Below are positions 15,605 to 25,049 of a stretch of DNA of 32,000 nt, in pieces (position 1 is the first letter of the stretch; every line of letters begins with the position of its first letter). The stretch covers positions 960,001-992,000 of the forward strand of contig NZ_OZ034918.1 in assembly GCF_964030745.1 (NCBI RefSeq). The letters run 5' to 3'. Origin of the DNA: Candidatus Saccharimonadota bacterium. GTDB taxonomy: Bacteria > Bacteroidota > Bacteroidia > Cytophagales > Amoebophilaceae. The notes beneath the pieces were generated by a model. The model saw only the letters and a program-made list of their open reading frames with translations. It did no database searches and was not told the DNA's origin. The position numbers and the translations under genes are program-made.

Positions 15605-18409
15605 ATGCACTTTTTAAACTTAGATAGCCTCAATCCCAAAGATTTTATTATTATAAGGGGTGCTAAAATGCACAACCTTAAAAACATCAATGTAGCCATT
15701 CCACGCAATCAGCTGGTAGTAGTGACTGGGTTATCTGGTTCTGGAAAGTCTTCTTTGATTTTAGATACCCTTTTTGTAGAAGCCCAGCGTATGTATATAG
15801 AGAGTGTCAGCGCCTATGCGCGGCAGTTTCTAGGTAAAATGGAAAAGCCCGCGGTCGATTCTATTCAAGGCCTTTCTCCAGCTATTGCCATTCAGCAAAA
15901 TGTTGCCAACAAAAATCCCCGCTCTACGGTAGGTACGCTCACAGAGCTTTGTGACTATCTCCATCTGCTCTATGCCCGCATCGGTACCACCTATTCTCCG
16001 ATCAGTGGGCAACAAGTAACAAAACATAGCGTTTCTGATGTAGTGGATTACATTCAACAACAGGCGGATGGCACTAAGACATTGATCCTTTATCCCATAA
16101 CAGTAGCCGATCAAGAGGCTTTAAGACAGAAGTTAAAAGTTGAGCAGGGCAAAGGGTTTACCAGAGTCATGCAGGGCGGCGTTCTCTTTTATATCGAGGA
16201 GCTATTAGCCGGCAAAGCAGTGTTGTCCTTAGACCAGCCTATTTATGGATTGGTAGACCGCATTATAGTAAAAAAAGAAGACCGGGACAACCAATATAGA
16301 ATAGCCGATTCTGTTCAAGTAGCCTTTTTTGAAGGGATGGGCCATGCTGTTGTAGAGCTGGTTGGGTTAGGCCAGCAGTCTTTTTCAGATCGATTTGAGC
16401 TAGATGGCATGCAGTTTGCCTTGCCTACCGTTTCTTTTTTTAGTTTTAATACCCCCCATGGTGCTTGTAAAGCCTGTTCAGGGTTAGGCAAGCTGATTGG
16501 CATAGATCCCCATAAAGTAGTACCCAATCCAGCACTTTCTATAATAGAAGGCGCTATAGCCCCTTGGAATGGACCTACTATGTCTAGGTGGTTGGCCCCT
16601 CTTTTGGCTGCACATAAAACCTTTCATTTCCCCATTGATGTCCCCTATAGTAGCTTGACTCCCGACCAGCAAAAACTTTTATGGCAGGGCAGTGGCGATT
16701 TTATAGGCATTGATCGATTTTTTGATTTTTGCGCCAGTCAAACTGATAAAATACAATATCGGGTTTTGCTATCCCGTTACCGGGGTAAAACCCCATGTCC
16801 TGCTTGTCGGGGCAGCCGTGTGCGTTCAGATGCCCATTATATTAAAATAGACCACCATTCTATCATTGACCTATTGTTGATGCCCATTCAGGATCTCATT
16901 CCTTTTTTTGATCAATTATCCCTTACAGCCCGGCAGGCAGCTATTGCCCAAAGAATTCTAGTAGAAATTAAAAACAGGCTTCGTTACCTGGTCCAGGTAG
17001 GATTGGGCTATTTAACCCTTAGTAGGCCTGTTACCACCTTATCTGGCGGTGAGCATCAACGGATTAAATTGGCCACTGCCTTAGGGAGCCCCCTTTTTGG
17101 CACCATTTATATTTTGGATGAACCTACCATTGGGCTCCATCCCCGTGATACCGATCGATTGGTGCAGCTCCTCTTAGATTTAAAAAACCAGGGCAATACC
17201 GTTATTGTTGTAGAGCATGAAGAATTGGTCATGCGTGCTGCTGATTTACTTATTGAGATAGGGCCCCAAGCAGGTGCTGGTGGTGGTAGATTGGTCTTTC
17301 AGGGAACCTTTCCATCATTGTTGCGAACTACTACCCATACAGCACAATATCTTAATGGCACCGCTTCCGTTGCATGGCCCAACCGCAGACGTTCTTGGCG
17401 CCATAGTTTGCGTATTAAAGAAGCTAGCCTCCACAACCTCCAGCAAGTTTCCGTTACCATTCCGCTCAATGTATTAACTGTTGTCACAGGAGTCAGCGGA
17501 TCCGGCAAGTCCACTTTAATCAAAGAAGTCTTTTATCCCGCCTTGGTGCAACAGTTGACCAAGCCCTCAGCCGTTTTAGGGTTACCCGTTGCTGCCGCTA
17601 CGCTGCTCGAGGGTGACCTCAGTTGTATTTGCGCCGTAGAGCTGGTCCATCAAAACCCGTTAGGAAAATCTTCCCGTTCCAATCCAGCCACCTATTTAGC
17701 CATTTATGATCCTATTCGAGAGCTTTTTGCCCAAACCGATCTAGCCCGTTCCCGCCATTACCAGACCGGTCACTTTTCTTTTAACTCAGAAAAAGGCCAA
17801 TGTCCCATTTGTCGCGGTGAGGGTCAGTGCAAGATAGAAATGCAGTTTATGGCAGATATTTATCTGCCCTGTGAAGGCTGCAAGGGAAGCCGCTTTAAGG
17901 CAGAGATAGCCGATGTCACCTATTCTGGCAAGAACATAGCCCAAGTACTCAGCATGACTGTAGACGAGGCGTTGGTATTTTTTCGCGGCCATCCTGTTAT
18001 TTTACATAAGTTAAAGGTATTGCAACAAGTAGGATTGGGCTATATACAATTGGGTCAATCTTCCAGTTCATTAAGTGGCGGAGAGGGGCAGCGGCTTAAG
18101 TTGGCCTATTATTTAGAAAAAGAGCTGGCAGATCAATCCATATTGTTTATATTTGATGAGCCCACTACTGGGCTCCATATGCATGACGTAGCGCAGTTGT
18201 TAAAGGCGATGCATGCTTTAATCCATCAAGGCCATACCGTAGTCGTTATTGAACACAATACCGATGTAATGAAAAGTGCAGATTGGCTTATTGATATGGG
18301 CCCTGATGGGGGCAAGCAAGGCGGTAAAGTCGTATTTACCGGCACGCCAGAGGCATTGATCCAAGAAGATGGGAACCATACCGCCCATTATTTAAAACAA
18401 AAAATGTAA
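15605..18409 (+). CDS. uvrA: excinuclease ABC subunit A
   Basis: 934 aa. There are two ABC modules (Walker A GLSGSGKSS and GVSGSGKST; signatures LSGGEHQR and LSGGEGQR). Zinc-module cysteines are present (CKACSGLG, CPACRGSR, CPICRGEG..CEGCKGSRF). The gene starts 15 nt after mscL. Confidence 0.95.
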   Translation: MHFLNLDSLNPKDFIIIRGAKMHNLKNINVAIPRNQLVVVTGLSGSGKSSLILDTLFVEAQRMYIESVSAYARQFLGKMEKPAVDSIQGLSPAIAIQQNVANKNPRSTVGTLTELCDYLHLLYARIGTTYSPISGQQVTKHSVSDVVDYIQQQADGTKTLILYPITVADQEALRQKLKVEQGKGFTRVMQGGVLFYIEELLAGKAVLSLDQPIYGLVDRIIVKKEDRDNQYRIADSVQVAFFEGMGHAVVELVGLGQQSFSDRFELDGMQFALPTVSFFSFNTPHGACKACSGLGKLIGIDPHKVVPNPALSIIEGAIAPWNGPTMSRWLAPLLAAHKTFHFPIDVPYSSLTPDQQKLLWQGSGDFIGIDRFFDFCASQTDKIQYRVLLSRYRGKTPCPACRGSRVRSDAHYIKIDHHSIIDLLLMPIQDLIPFFDQLSLTARQAAIAQRILVEIKNRLRYLVQVGLGYLTLSRPVTTLSGGEHQRIKLATALGSPLFGTIYILDEPTIGLHPRDTDRLVQLLLDLKNQGNTVIVVEHEELVMRAADLLIEIGPQAGAGGGRLVFQGTFPSLLRTTTHTAQYLNGTASVAWPNRRRSWRHSLRIKEASLHNLQQVSVTIPLNVLTVVTGVSGSGKSTLIKEVFYPALVQQLTKPSAVLGLPVAAATLLEGDLSCICAVELVHQNPLGKSSRSNPATYLAIYDPIRELFAQTDLARSRHYQTGHFSFNSEKGQCPICRGEGQCKIEMQFMADIYLPCEGCKGSRFKAEIADVTYSGKNIAQVLSMTVDEALVFFRGHPVILHKLKVLQQVGLGYIQLGQSSSSLSGGEGQRLKLAYYLEKELADQSILFIFDEPTTGLHMHDVAQLLKAMHALIHQGHTVVVIEHNTDVMKSADWLIDMGPDGGKQGGKVVFTGTPEALIQEDGNHTAHYLKQKM

Positions 18410-18643
18410 TAAATAGTTGCATGTTATTTTTTTTTATGTTATTATTGTAGCAAATTTAAAGGCTTCCTACAAAGCTACCAATAGGTGTGTAGGTAACTGC
18501 AGCTAAGGTGGTATATTTGGATGGTGTTTGGTTATATGTTATTTTTGTGTAAAAGCCCATTGTAGCAGTGTATCGTTAAGTGTTTTAACGGTTAAAAATA
18601 GTTAACTTAATAAGTAGTTTCTTAATCAATAAATTGAGTAAAA

Positions 18644-20761
18644 ATGGTTTATAAAAAAATTGGAGATAAAATTCCTTCTTTATCCAGCCTGCTCTTGGCT
18701 GGAGCATTGTTTACTGCTGGTAAATGTAAGAGTGGTGACCCTGACTCTGGGGTTAAGGACGATCCGAGTATGTTAGAAGGTGATACTTCTAAGCCTGCAG
18801 GCAAACAAGAGGAAGCTGATAATACTGGTCAAAAGCTTAGTTCGCATCTTGCAGAGGCAGTTCAAGCGTTTAAAAGGGCCCTTATCAATTGTTCAGGTTT
18901 AAGTCACTTAGCAGGTGAGAAAAAACCATTGTCTTATGATCTAGTTGACTTTAAAGGCAAGGATAATAAGGAGATGGCTGAAAAAGCTAAGGGTCTATTG
19001 ATTAGTCTCCATGATGAGAATGTTGCCGCATTGGCTTATCCTAAGGGCTTGAAGAGTGCTTTTGCTGCTCTACAGGAGCTTGTTAAGAAGAAGGCCTATG
19101 CTAAATATCCTTATGCATATGCTCTGTCTATCCGAGAAATTCCTGTACACTGGGGGGGGCTACATGGTATTTATTCGGATATGGTGAAAAAAATTACCAG
19201 TTGTATGCCACAGGATAGCTTGAGTTTTTTAATCGAAAAAGTCGATGCATTAATGAAAAGTGCAAATGAAATTTTTGTGTCTTCTAAAGAATTTGCAGAT
19301 AATCCAACAAAAAAACATGAACTCCTTAAAGGTCCTAGATTTGTTAGGTTGTTGAATGGTAGAAGTAGACAAGGCAGTTCTTATCCTGAAGTTCCTATCT
19401 TATTCAACAAGCCGACATTATCCAAGTTGTGGGTTAAGTTTAAACCAGAAGAGTTTCCTAAACCGGATCTAGACAATGCTCGTGCAGGTGATGTTTTAAA
19501 TAAAAGAGGGGCTGCTATACTAACATGGAAAGTAGAAGGTGGTGAGAATCAAGATACTATGCTTCCAGTTGTCGCTATTGCTAATCACATGAATGGTGCT
19601 GATAATGTATTGAAGCAAAAGTTCAAGCATGTTGCTGGTACCGATACGGATATTGTACCAAATGACTGCTTTGAAACGATTGCTACCCCTACTAATAACT
19701 CTGGATTTAACTCACAAGCTGCTATAGTGAAAGAGAATATAAGTTTTGGTCAGCTTTTCTTTTCGATTTTTAAGGGGAATTCGAAGGGAGATTGCGTTCT
19801 CCTAGAACCTTCTTCTCACGCAGACGACACTGTAAAGGTTACTACCGATAATGAAAAATACCAGTATTGGATAGATGCATCTCAGAAAGAGTTAGGTTAT
19901 TTTGCTGATTGTTTGGGTAAACATATTAATTCGAATAATGAACTAAAAGAGTTATTTGTTATTCCTGATGTTAGTCGCCTTGAGGATAACCTACTAAATG
20001 GTATATTCCCTGATAAGCCAGCAAATAGTGGCTTCGGCGCTGTACCAGCAACACAGGATGTAAAGGATTCAACTGGAGCAGTTGTAGTTCAGGGTAAGCC
20101 AGGAACACTGGGTCAAAGTAGTCAATCCGTGCAGTTGTTGGAGAATATTTTGAGTGTTTTCTCGAGCAATCAAATAACTACTGGAAGCCCAGCTCAATTG
20201 TTGCAAAAAATTGGCGAATTGGCGAAGCTGGATCAGAATTCACAAGCACTAGGGGCAGATTTGACTTTTGAGCAGCGAGTCTGCATTGGCCTTGCTAAGA
20301 ATATCCAATCAGCATCATTCCTTACTGATACTAGCGATGGATCAGCAAAAAATATTGTAGATAATGTAACTGCCTTCATTCAAGCGGCATCAAGCTATGC
20401 AATTCTGGTATCTAAATCAGGGACCTATGCTCCTACTCAAAATACTAAATTGATCGCCGCAGCTATTCATAAATTTGATGAGCAACTAAAGATAAAGAAT
20501 AATAGTGCTTCTGTTTCTTATCACGACCTTGAAAAGGCTGCTACAGGTTTTCAAATTGAGCAAGTTCGTCAATGTTTCATAAGTGATTGCAAAGCACTTA
20601 AAGGTGTTATTGCAGCTCGTGTGGAACCTCTTATTGAGAGACCTCTTAATCAGAAAGTAAATTATATAGCTGAGCTCCCTGATGTACAGGGGCTTTCTGA
20701 AGCTTATTATTCAAATCTTGATGAAGTAAGGAAAAATTATCATAATAAAGAAGGGAAGTAA
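18644..20761 (+). CDS. orphan 705-aa secreted protein, possibly a lipoprotein
   Basis: A long uninterrupted ORF with a hydrophobic N-terminus (SLSSLLLAGALFTAGKC) followed by a charged linker. A good intrinsic terminator follows it. I recognise no domain. Confidence 0.7.
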   Translation: MVYKKIGDKIPSLSSLLLAGALFTAGKCKSGDPDSGVKDDPSMLEGDTSKPAGKQEEADNTGQKLSSHLAEAVQAFKRALINCSGLSHLAGEKKPLSYDLVDFKGKDNKEMAEKAKGLLISLHDENVAALAYPKGLKSAFAALQELVKKKAYAKYPYAYALSIREIPVHWGGLHGIYSDMVKKITSCMPQDSLSFLIEKVDALMKSANEIFVSSKEFADNPTKKHELLKGPRFVRLLNGRSRQGSSYPEVPILFNKPTLSKLWVKFKPEEFPKPDLDNARAGDVLNKRGAAILTWKVEGGENQDTMLPVVAIANHMNGADNVLKQKFKHVAGTDTDIVPNDCFETIATPTNNSGFNSQAAIVKENISFGQLFFSIFKGNSKGDCVLLEPSSHADDTVKVTTDNEKYQYWIDASQKELGYFADCLGKHINSNNELKELFVIPDVSRLEDNLLNGIFPDKPANSGFGAVPATQDVKDSTGAVVVQGKPGTLGQSSQSVQLLENILSVFSSNQITTGSPAQLLQKIGELAKLDQNSQALGADLTFEQRVCIGLAKNIQSASFLTDTSDGSAKNIVDNVTAFIQAASSYAILVSKSGTYAPTQNTKLIAAAIHKFDEQLKIKNNSASVSYHDLEKAATGFQIEQVRQCFISDCKALKGVIAARVEPLIERPLNQKVNYIAELPDVQGLSEAYYSNLDEVRKNYHNKEGK

Positions 20762-20803
20762 AATCTTTTGGTTTTTATTCTATCTTTTTAGATTAAGTGT
20801 TCC

Positions 20804-20841
20804 AAAATGGGGGCTAGCTTTTGCTGGCTCCCATTTTTTTT
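20804..20841 (+). terminator. rho-independent terminator downstream of the 705-aa ORF
   Basis: aaaatgggggctagc-tttt-gctggctcccatttttttt. The stem is 12-15 bp with two G-U pairs, the loop is 4 nt, and a T8 run follows. It lies about 45 nt after the stop codon. Confidence 0.7.
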
Positions 20842-21060
20842 ATATTAAGCTAAACACAATAAGATATTATTCTTTTGTAAATTGTATTAAATGATACAAC
20901 TAGGTTTCTAACCTTATTGGTTGCTTCTATTTTAGTGAGTCTCGAGGCTGCGCTCTATGACTTGTAAGCAAGATGGATCTGACTCAAGCAGCCATTCTAT
21001 CCTATATGGTGATCATATAGCTATTTCCACAATCAAGCCCTTATTTCCCGTAAGTTATCA

Positions 21061-23706
21061 ATGCAATCCAAACTTATAAGAGAAAAATTTCTCCAGTTTT
21101 TTATACAAAAAGGGCACGGGCATCAACCCAGAGTGCCTATTGTAGGCAAAGAGGATCCTTCTTTGCTTTTTGTGAATGCGGGTATGAATCCCTTTAAGGA
21201 TATCATTCTAGGCAATCAACCGATTGCTACGCCGCGTGTGGTTACCGTACAGCCTTGTTTGCGTGTATCTGGTAAACACAATGACCTGGAAGAGGTGGGG
21301 GTGGATACCTACCACCATACTTTCTTTGAAATGTTGGGCAATTGGTCCTTTGGGGACTATTTTAAAGAAGAGGCCATAGCCTGGGCATGGGAATTGCTCA
21401 CAGAGGTCTATCAGCTGCCTAAGGAGCGTATCTATGTGACCATATTTGGAGGGGATCAGCAGGATGGCTTGGAACAAGACAATGAAGCTGCGGCTATTTG
21501 GACAAAATACCTTCCTGCAACCCATATCCTTTCCTGTGGCAAGAAAGATAATTTCTGGGAAATGGGTGAACAGGGGCCTTGTGGGCCTTCTTCTGAGATC
21601 CATATAGATATTCGTTCGGATGCCGAACGCGAAGCGCTACCGGCTGCCCAATTGGTAAACAAAGACCACCCCCAGGTCATAGAAATCTGGAACCTAGTAT
21701 TTATGCAATACAACCGACAGGCTTCTGGTAAATTGGTTGACCTGCCGCATAAACATATCGATACCGGTATGGGCTTTGAACGGTTGGCAATGGTATTGCA
21801 AGGCAAAACATCCAACTATGACACCGATATTTTTACGCCCCTGATAGCAAAAATAGAAGAGATTTCTGGTAAAGCCTACGACCAAAATGAAGCTAATAGA
21901 CCTCTTCCGAATTCAATAGCCATGCGCGTGATCGCCGACCACCTCCGCGCAGTAGCCTTTGCCATTGCGGATGGACAAGCCCCTGGGAATGTCAAAGCGG
22001 GTTATGTGATACGCCGTATTTTACGTAGGGCCATTCGCTATGGATATAGCCATTTGGCCATACAAACCCCTTTTATGCACCAATTGGTTCCTGTCTTGGT
22101 GGCACAAATGGAAGGAGTCTATCCAAATCTGACTGCGCAACAACACTATATTGCACAATGCATTCAAGCTGAAGAAACTGCTTTTTTAAAGACATTGGCT
22201 ACTGGGTTGCAGCTCTTTAATCAGCTTGACCCAAGTAAGATCCATCAAGGAGTCATAGATGGCCGTGTAGCCTTTGAACTCTATGATACCTATGGCTTTC
22301 CTTTAGACCTTACCCTATTGATGGCTAAAGAGAAGGGACTCATGATAGATGAAGTGGGGTTCCAAGAGGCACTCCAAGAACAAAAAAGACGCTCTCAAAA
22401 AGATGCTGCCGTCAGCCAAGGAGATTGGCAACTGGTCAACACAGCGGTTCAACCCCGTTTTGTAGGCTATGATCAATTGGTTGTAACCACCTCTATTGTA
22501 CAATGGCGCACCATTACCAACAAACAGGGAACTGCTTACCAATTGGTATTGGAAGCAACTCCTTTTTATCCAGAAGGGGGAGGGCAAGTAGCGGATGCAG
22601 GGATAATTAGACCTCTTTCGGATCTATCTGGTGACCAGGCCATTGAGGTGTCAGATGTACAAAAAGAACATGGGCTAATCGTGCATACCGTTCAACGGTT
22701 GCCTGCTGATCTGAAAGCGCCTATAGAGGCGCGTGTGGATCCGGTCAAACGTACTTTGGCAACGGCTAACCATACTGCCACACATCTGCTTCAGGCTGCT
22801 TTAAAACAGGTGATTGGGGACCATGTGGTCCAAAAGGGTTCTTTGGTAACACCAAGCCTATTGCGATTTGATTTTGCCCATCCTACTAAGTTGTCTGTTG
22901 CACAAATAGAAGCGGTGGAAGCTATTGTCAATCAAAAGGTTAGGGAAAATATTGCCTGTATAGAACAACGTGATGTGCCACTCGAAGCAGCCAAAGCGAT
23001 GGGTGCAGCGGCGCTATTTGGTGAAAAATATGGTGCGGCAGTACGGGTGATTACTTTTGACCCAGCTTACTCTATAGAGCTTTGTGGGGGTACCCATTTG
23101 CCTTTTACAGGACAAATTGGTTTTTTTAAGATCATCCATGAAACCGCTATAGGTAGCGGCATACGCAGAATAGAAGCGTTAACGGCTAGTAGTGCCCACC
23201 AGTTTGTAACCCAACAATCTACTACTTTAACCAGTATAGCTGCATTACTCAAACAGCCTAAAGATTTGGTGCAGGCAGTAGACAAGCTGGTCCATGAAAA
23301 AAAACAGCTACAGAAGCAATTAATGGCCTACCAGGCCAGAGCTATAGAAGAGGCCACGAAGGCACTCCAATTGGAACAGGTTGGTGATGTTTATCTGGTG
23401 GTACAAGCTGTGGAGTTGCCCCATCCCCATGCACTGCAACAGATTGCAAGGCACTATAAAAACCAATATAAAAAAATAGTTATACTGTTGGCTACTACCT
23501 TTGAACAGCAGGCCCACCTGATGTTGATGGTATCAGAGCGATTAGAACAATACAACGCCCATGAGATGATGCAATCCATTGCGCCGCTTATTGGAGGCAA
23601 GGGAGGCGGTCAACCTTTTTTTGCCACTGCAAAAGGCAATAATCCTGCAGGTATATCAGCTGCATTAAAAGCAGCAAGCAGCATGCTTACCATGCCAACT
23701 GCATAA
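21061..23706 (+). CDS. alaS: alanine--tRNA ligase
   Basis: 881 aa. It contains FVNAGMNPFKD, HHTFFEMLGNWSFGDYFK, the editing-domain motifs HTATHLL and CGGTH, and a C-terminal DHHA1-like GGKGGG. Confidence 0.97.
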   Translation: MQSKLIREKFLQFFIQKGHGHQPRVPIVGKEDPSLLFVNAGMNPFKDIILGNQPIATPRVVTVQPCLRVSGKHNDLEEVGVDTYHHTFFEMLGNWSFGDYFKEEAIAWAWELLTEVYQLPKERIYVTIFGGDQQDGLEQDNEAAAIWTKYLPATHILSCGKKDNFWEMGEQGPCGPSSEIHIDIRSDAEREALPAAQLVNKDHPQVIEIWNLVFMQYNRQASGKLVDLPHKHIDTGMGFERLAMVLQGKTSNYDTDIFTPLIAKIEEISGKAYDQNEANRPLPNSIAMRVIADHLRAVAFAIADGQAPGNVKAGYVIRRILRRAIRYGYSHLAIQTPFMHQLVPVLVAQMEGVYPNLTAQQHYIAQCIQAEETAFLKTLATGLQLFNQLDPSKIHQGVIDGRVAFELYDTYGFPLDLTLLMAKEKGLMIDEVGFQEALQEQKRRSQKDAAVSQGDWQLVNTAVQPRFVGYDQLVVTTSIVQWRTITNKQGTAYQLVLEATPFYPEGGGQVADAGIIRPLSDLSGDQAIEVSDVQKEHGLIVHTVQRLPADLKAPIEARVDPVKRTLATANHTATHLLQAALKQVIGDHVVQKGSLVTPSLLRFDFAHPTKLSVAQIEAVEAIVNQKVRENIACIEQRDVPLEAAKAMGAAALFGEKYGAAVRVITFDPAYSIELCGGTHLPFTGQIGFFKIIHETAIGSGIRRIEALTASSAHQFVTQQSTTLTSIAALLKQPKDLVQAVDKLVHEKKQLQKQLMAYQARAIEEATKALQLEQVGDVYLVVQAVELPHPHALQQIARHYKNQYKKIVILLATTFEQQAHLMLMVSERLEQYNAHEMMQSIAPLIGGKGGGQPFFATAKGNNPAGISAALKAASSMLTMPTA

Positions 23707-23723
23707 AACCCAACTACCACTCC

Positions 23724-23972
23724 GTATCTATTCACGTCACTGGTTAATAATGAATTGTATTCCACTTTTTTCTTGATAAAAAAGTGGACAAAAAATCAAG
23801 CCCTCGGCAAAAAGTTCCGGAACCCACCCCTTACAGATGGAAAAACAGAAGTCGCCCGCTACGCGGGCTTCAAAGGAATCTGTTTTTCCCAATCATCTGC
23901 AAGGGGTGGCTTCTATTTCGAAACTTTTTACAGGGGCATTTTATCACTATGGCCATAGTGTTGAACAGATAC
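23724..23972 (+). mobile_element. stand-alone module D MITE with a nested MITE-F, starting 18 nt after the alaS stop
   Basis: gtatctattcacgtcactggttaataatgaattg.. is identical to the left ends at 9560 and 11659. It ends in the TIR-like gttgaacagatac, which corresponds to the internal gttgagcgcatac of the composites. Confidence 0.8.
23811..23930. mobile_element. MITE-F, a ~116-120-bp element nested in module D
   Basis: It splits the canonical aaaaag|ctggggcattttt. Its inverted ends are aaagttccggaacccaccccttacagatg / catctgcaaggggtgg..cgaaacttt. Its core hairpin is gaaaaacagaagtcgcccgctacgcgggcttcaaaggaatctgtttttc. Confidence 0.7.
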
Positions 23973-24366
23973 GAAAATAAAGTGAAAAATTTTTGTCCGA
24001 ATTATTCAGTCCAGTATACTACCATATATGGAGGGAATTTTTTACATACTCAACTAACCGGTTATTACTATCAAGGATTATATATGTTAATACTAAGTCT
24101 AGGTAGTCCACTTAGATTTTATTTAGCCTCTCGGTTCATTATTGTTAGAATGAAAGAGTGGCTAGGAGATTATTCCATTGCTGAATCGGAAGTGTTCACT
24201 AAACCATATGCGTCAAGTTAAGGATTAAGTGATATTTCTTGTAGTCTATTTAGGCTAGAGATTCGGGTCTTTCTATACTTCTTTCAGGCAAAATCTTGAC
24301 CAGTCCAATACTAACTTTTTAAAGAACATTAGTAAACTATTTAACGTTTTATTCAGAATAACAAAT

Positions 24367-24417
24367 GCATCTATTCACCACTGTGGCAGAAAATACGTTT
24401 TTTCTAGCTTTTCGTGA
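24367..24417 (+). repeat. solo MITE end fragment
   Basis: gcatctattcaccactgtggcag.. resembles the family left TIR. It is followed directly by a complete MITE-A. Confidence 0.5.
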
Positions 24418-24695
24418 GTATCCATTCATCACTGTGATTACGTTTTTCTGAAAAAGCAAATAGTTGACCAAGTACCCGTCCGGCGTCTCCTTCGATAAAA
24501 AATGGCGCTCTAGTAAAACACTAACAGCTGAGCGATATGTTTTTTAGCGGATTAGAAAATCGTCTGTTTGAAGCCCGCTTGCGGGCTGAGTTTACGATTT
24601 TCCCGCTAAAAAACATATCGATTCATCTATTTACTATCGGGCCAGACTTTTTATCGAAGGAGATAAGGGGCCCAGCCACAGGCGTGAATGGATAC
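24418..24695 (+). mobile_element. stand-alone MITE-A (~278 bp)
   Basis: gtatccattcatcactgtg ... ggcgtgaatggatac inverted ends, with the full hairpin core. It is somewhat more diverged than the next copy. Confidence 0.85.
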
Positions 24696-24729
24696 ACCAC
24701 TCCAGCTTATGTCCGCCGATAGAAAAATG

Positions 24730-25010
24730 GTATCCATGCATCACTATGGCTACGTTTGGCTGAAAAAGCAAGTGGCTAATCCATTACCAGCCGCCGCGTC
24801 TCCTTCGATAAAAAAATGGCGCTCTAGTAAAACACGAACACCTGAGCGATATCTTTTTCAGCGGATTAGAAAATCGTCTGTTTGAAGCCCGCTTGCGGGC
24901 TGAGTTCACGATTTTCCCGCTGAAAAAGATATCGATTCAGCTATTTACTATCGGGCCAGACTTTTTATCGAAGGAGATAAGGGGACCCAGCCACAGGCGC
25001 GAATAGATAC
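24730..25010 (+). mobile_element. stand-alone MITE-A (281 bp), in tandem with the previous copy
   Basis: gtatccatgcatcactatgg ... ggcgcgaatagatac inverted ends, with an 88-nt near-perfect hairpin core at 24847-24934. It ends 40 nt before the stop of the GlgA-like gene. Confidence 0.9.
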
Positions 25011-25049
25011 GATTTGTGTAGTGGGGCCAGTAAGTAATATGCGGATCCG

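Noticed and set aside
15208-15708. 166-aa ORF antisense to mscL and the uvrA start.
   Set aside because: It fully overlaps two strongly supported genes on the other strand, and its hydrophobic, low-complexity translation is typical of an antisense shadow.
18512-18547. Matches to the Bacteroidota -7 promoter consensus TAnnTTTG (tatatttg at 18512-18519 and tatttttg at 18540-18547) upstream of the 705-aa ORF.
   Set aside because: Such octamers are expected by chance in AT-rich spacers. Without a mapped transcription start I cannot support a promoter call.
23784-24221. 145-aa ORF (and 23755-23958) downstream of alaS.
   Set aside because: The first half is MITE sequence (module D plus the nested element). 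The remainder is AT-rich, has an odd Y/L/I-rich composition, and has no start context independent of the repeat.
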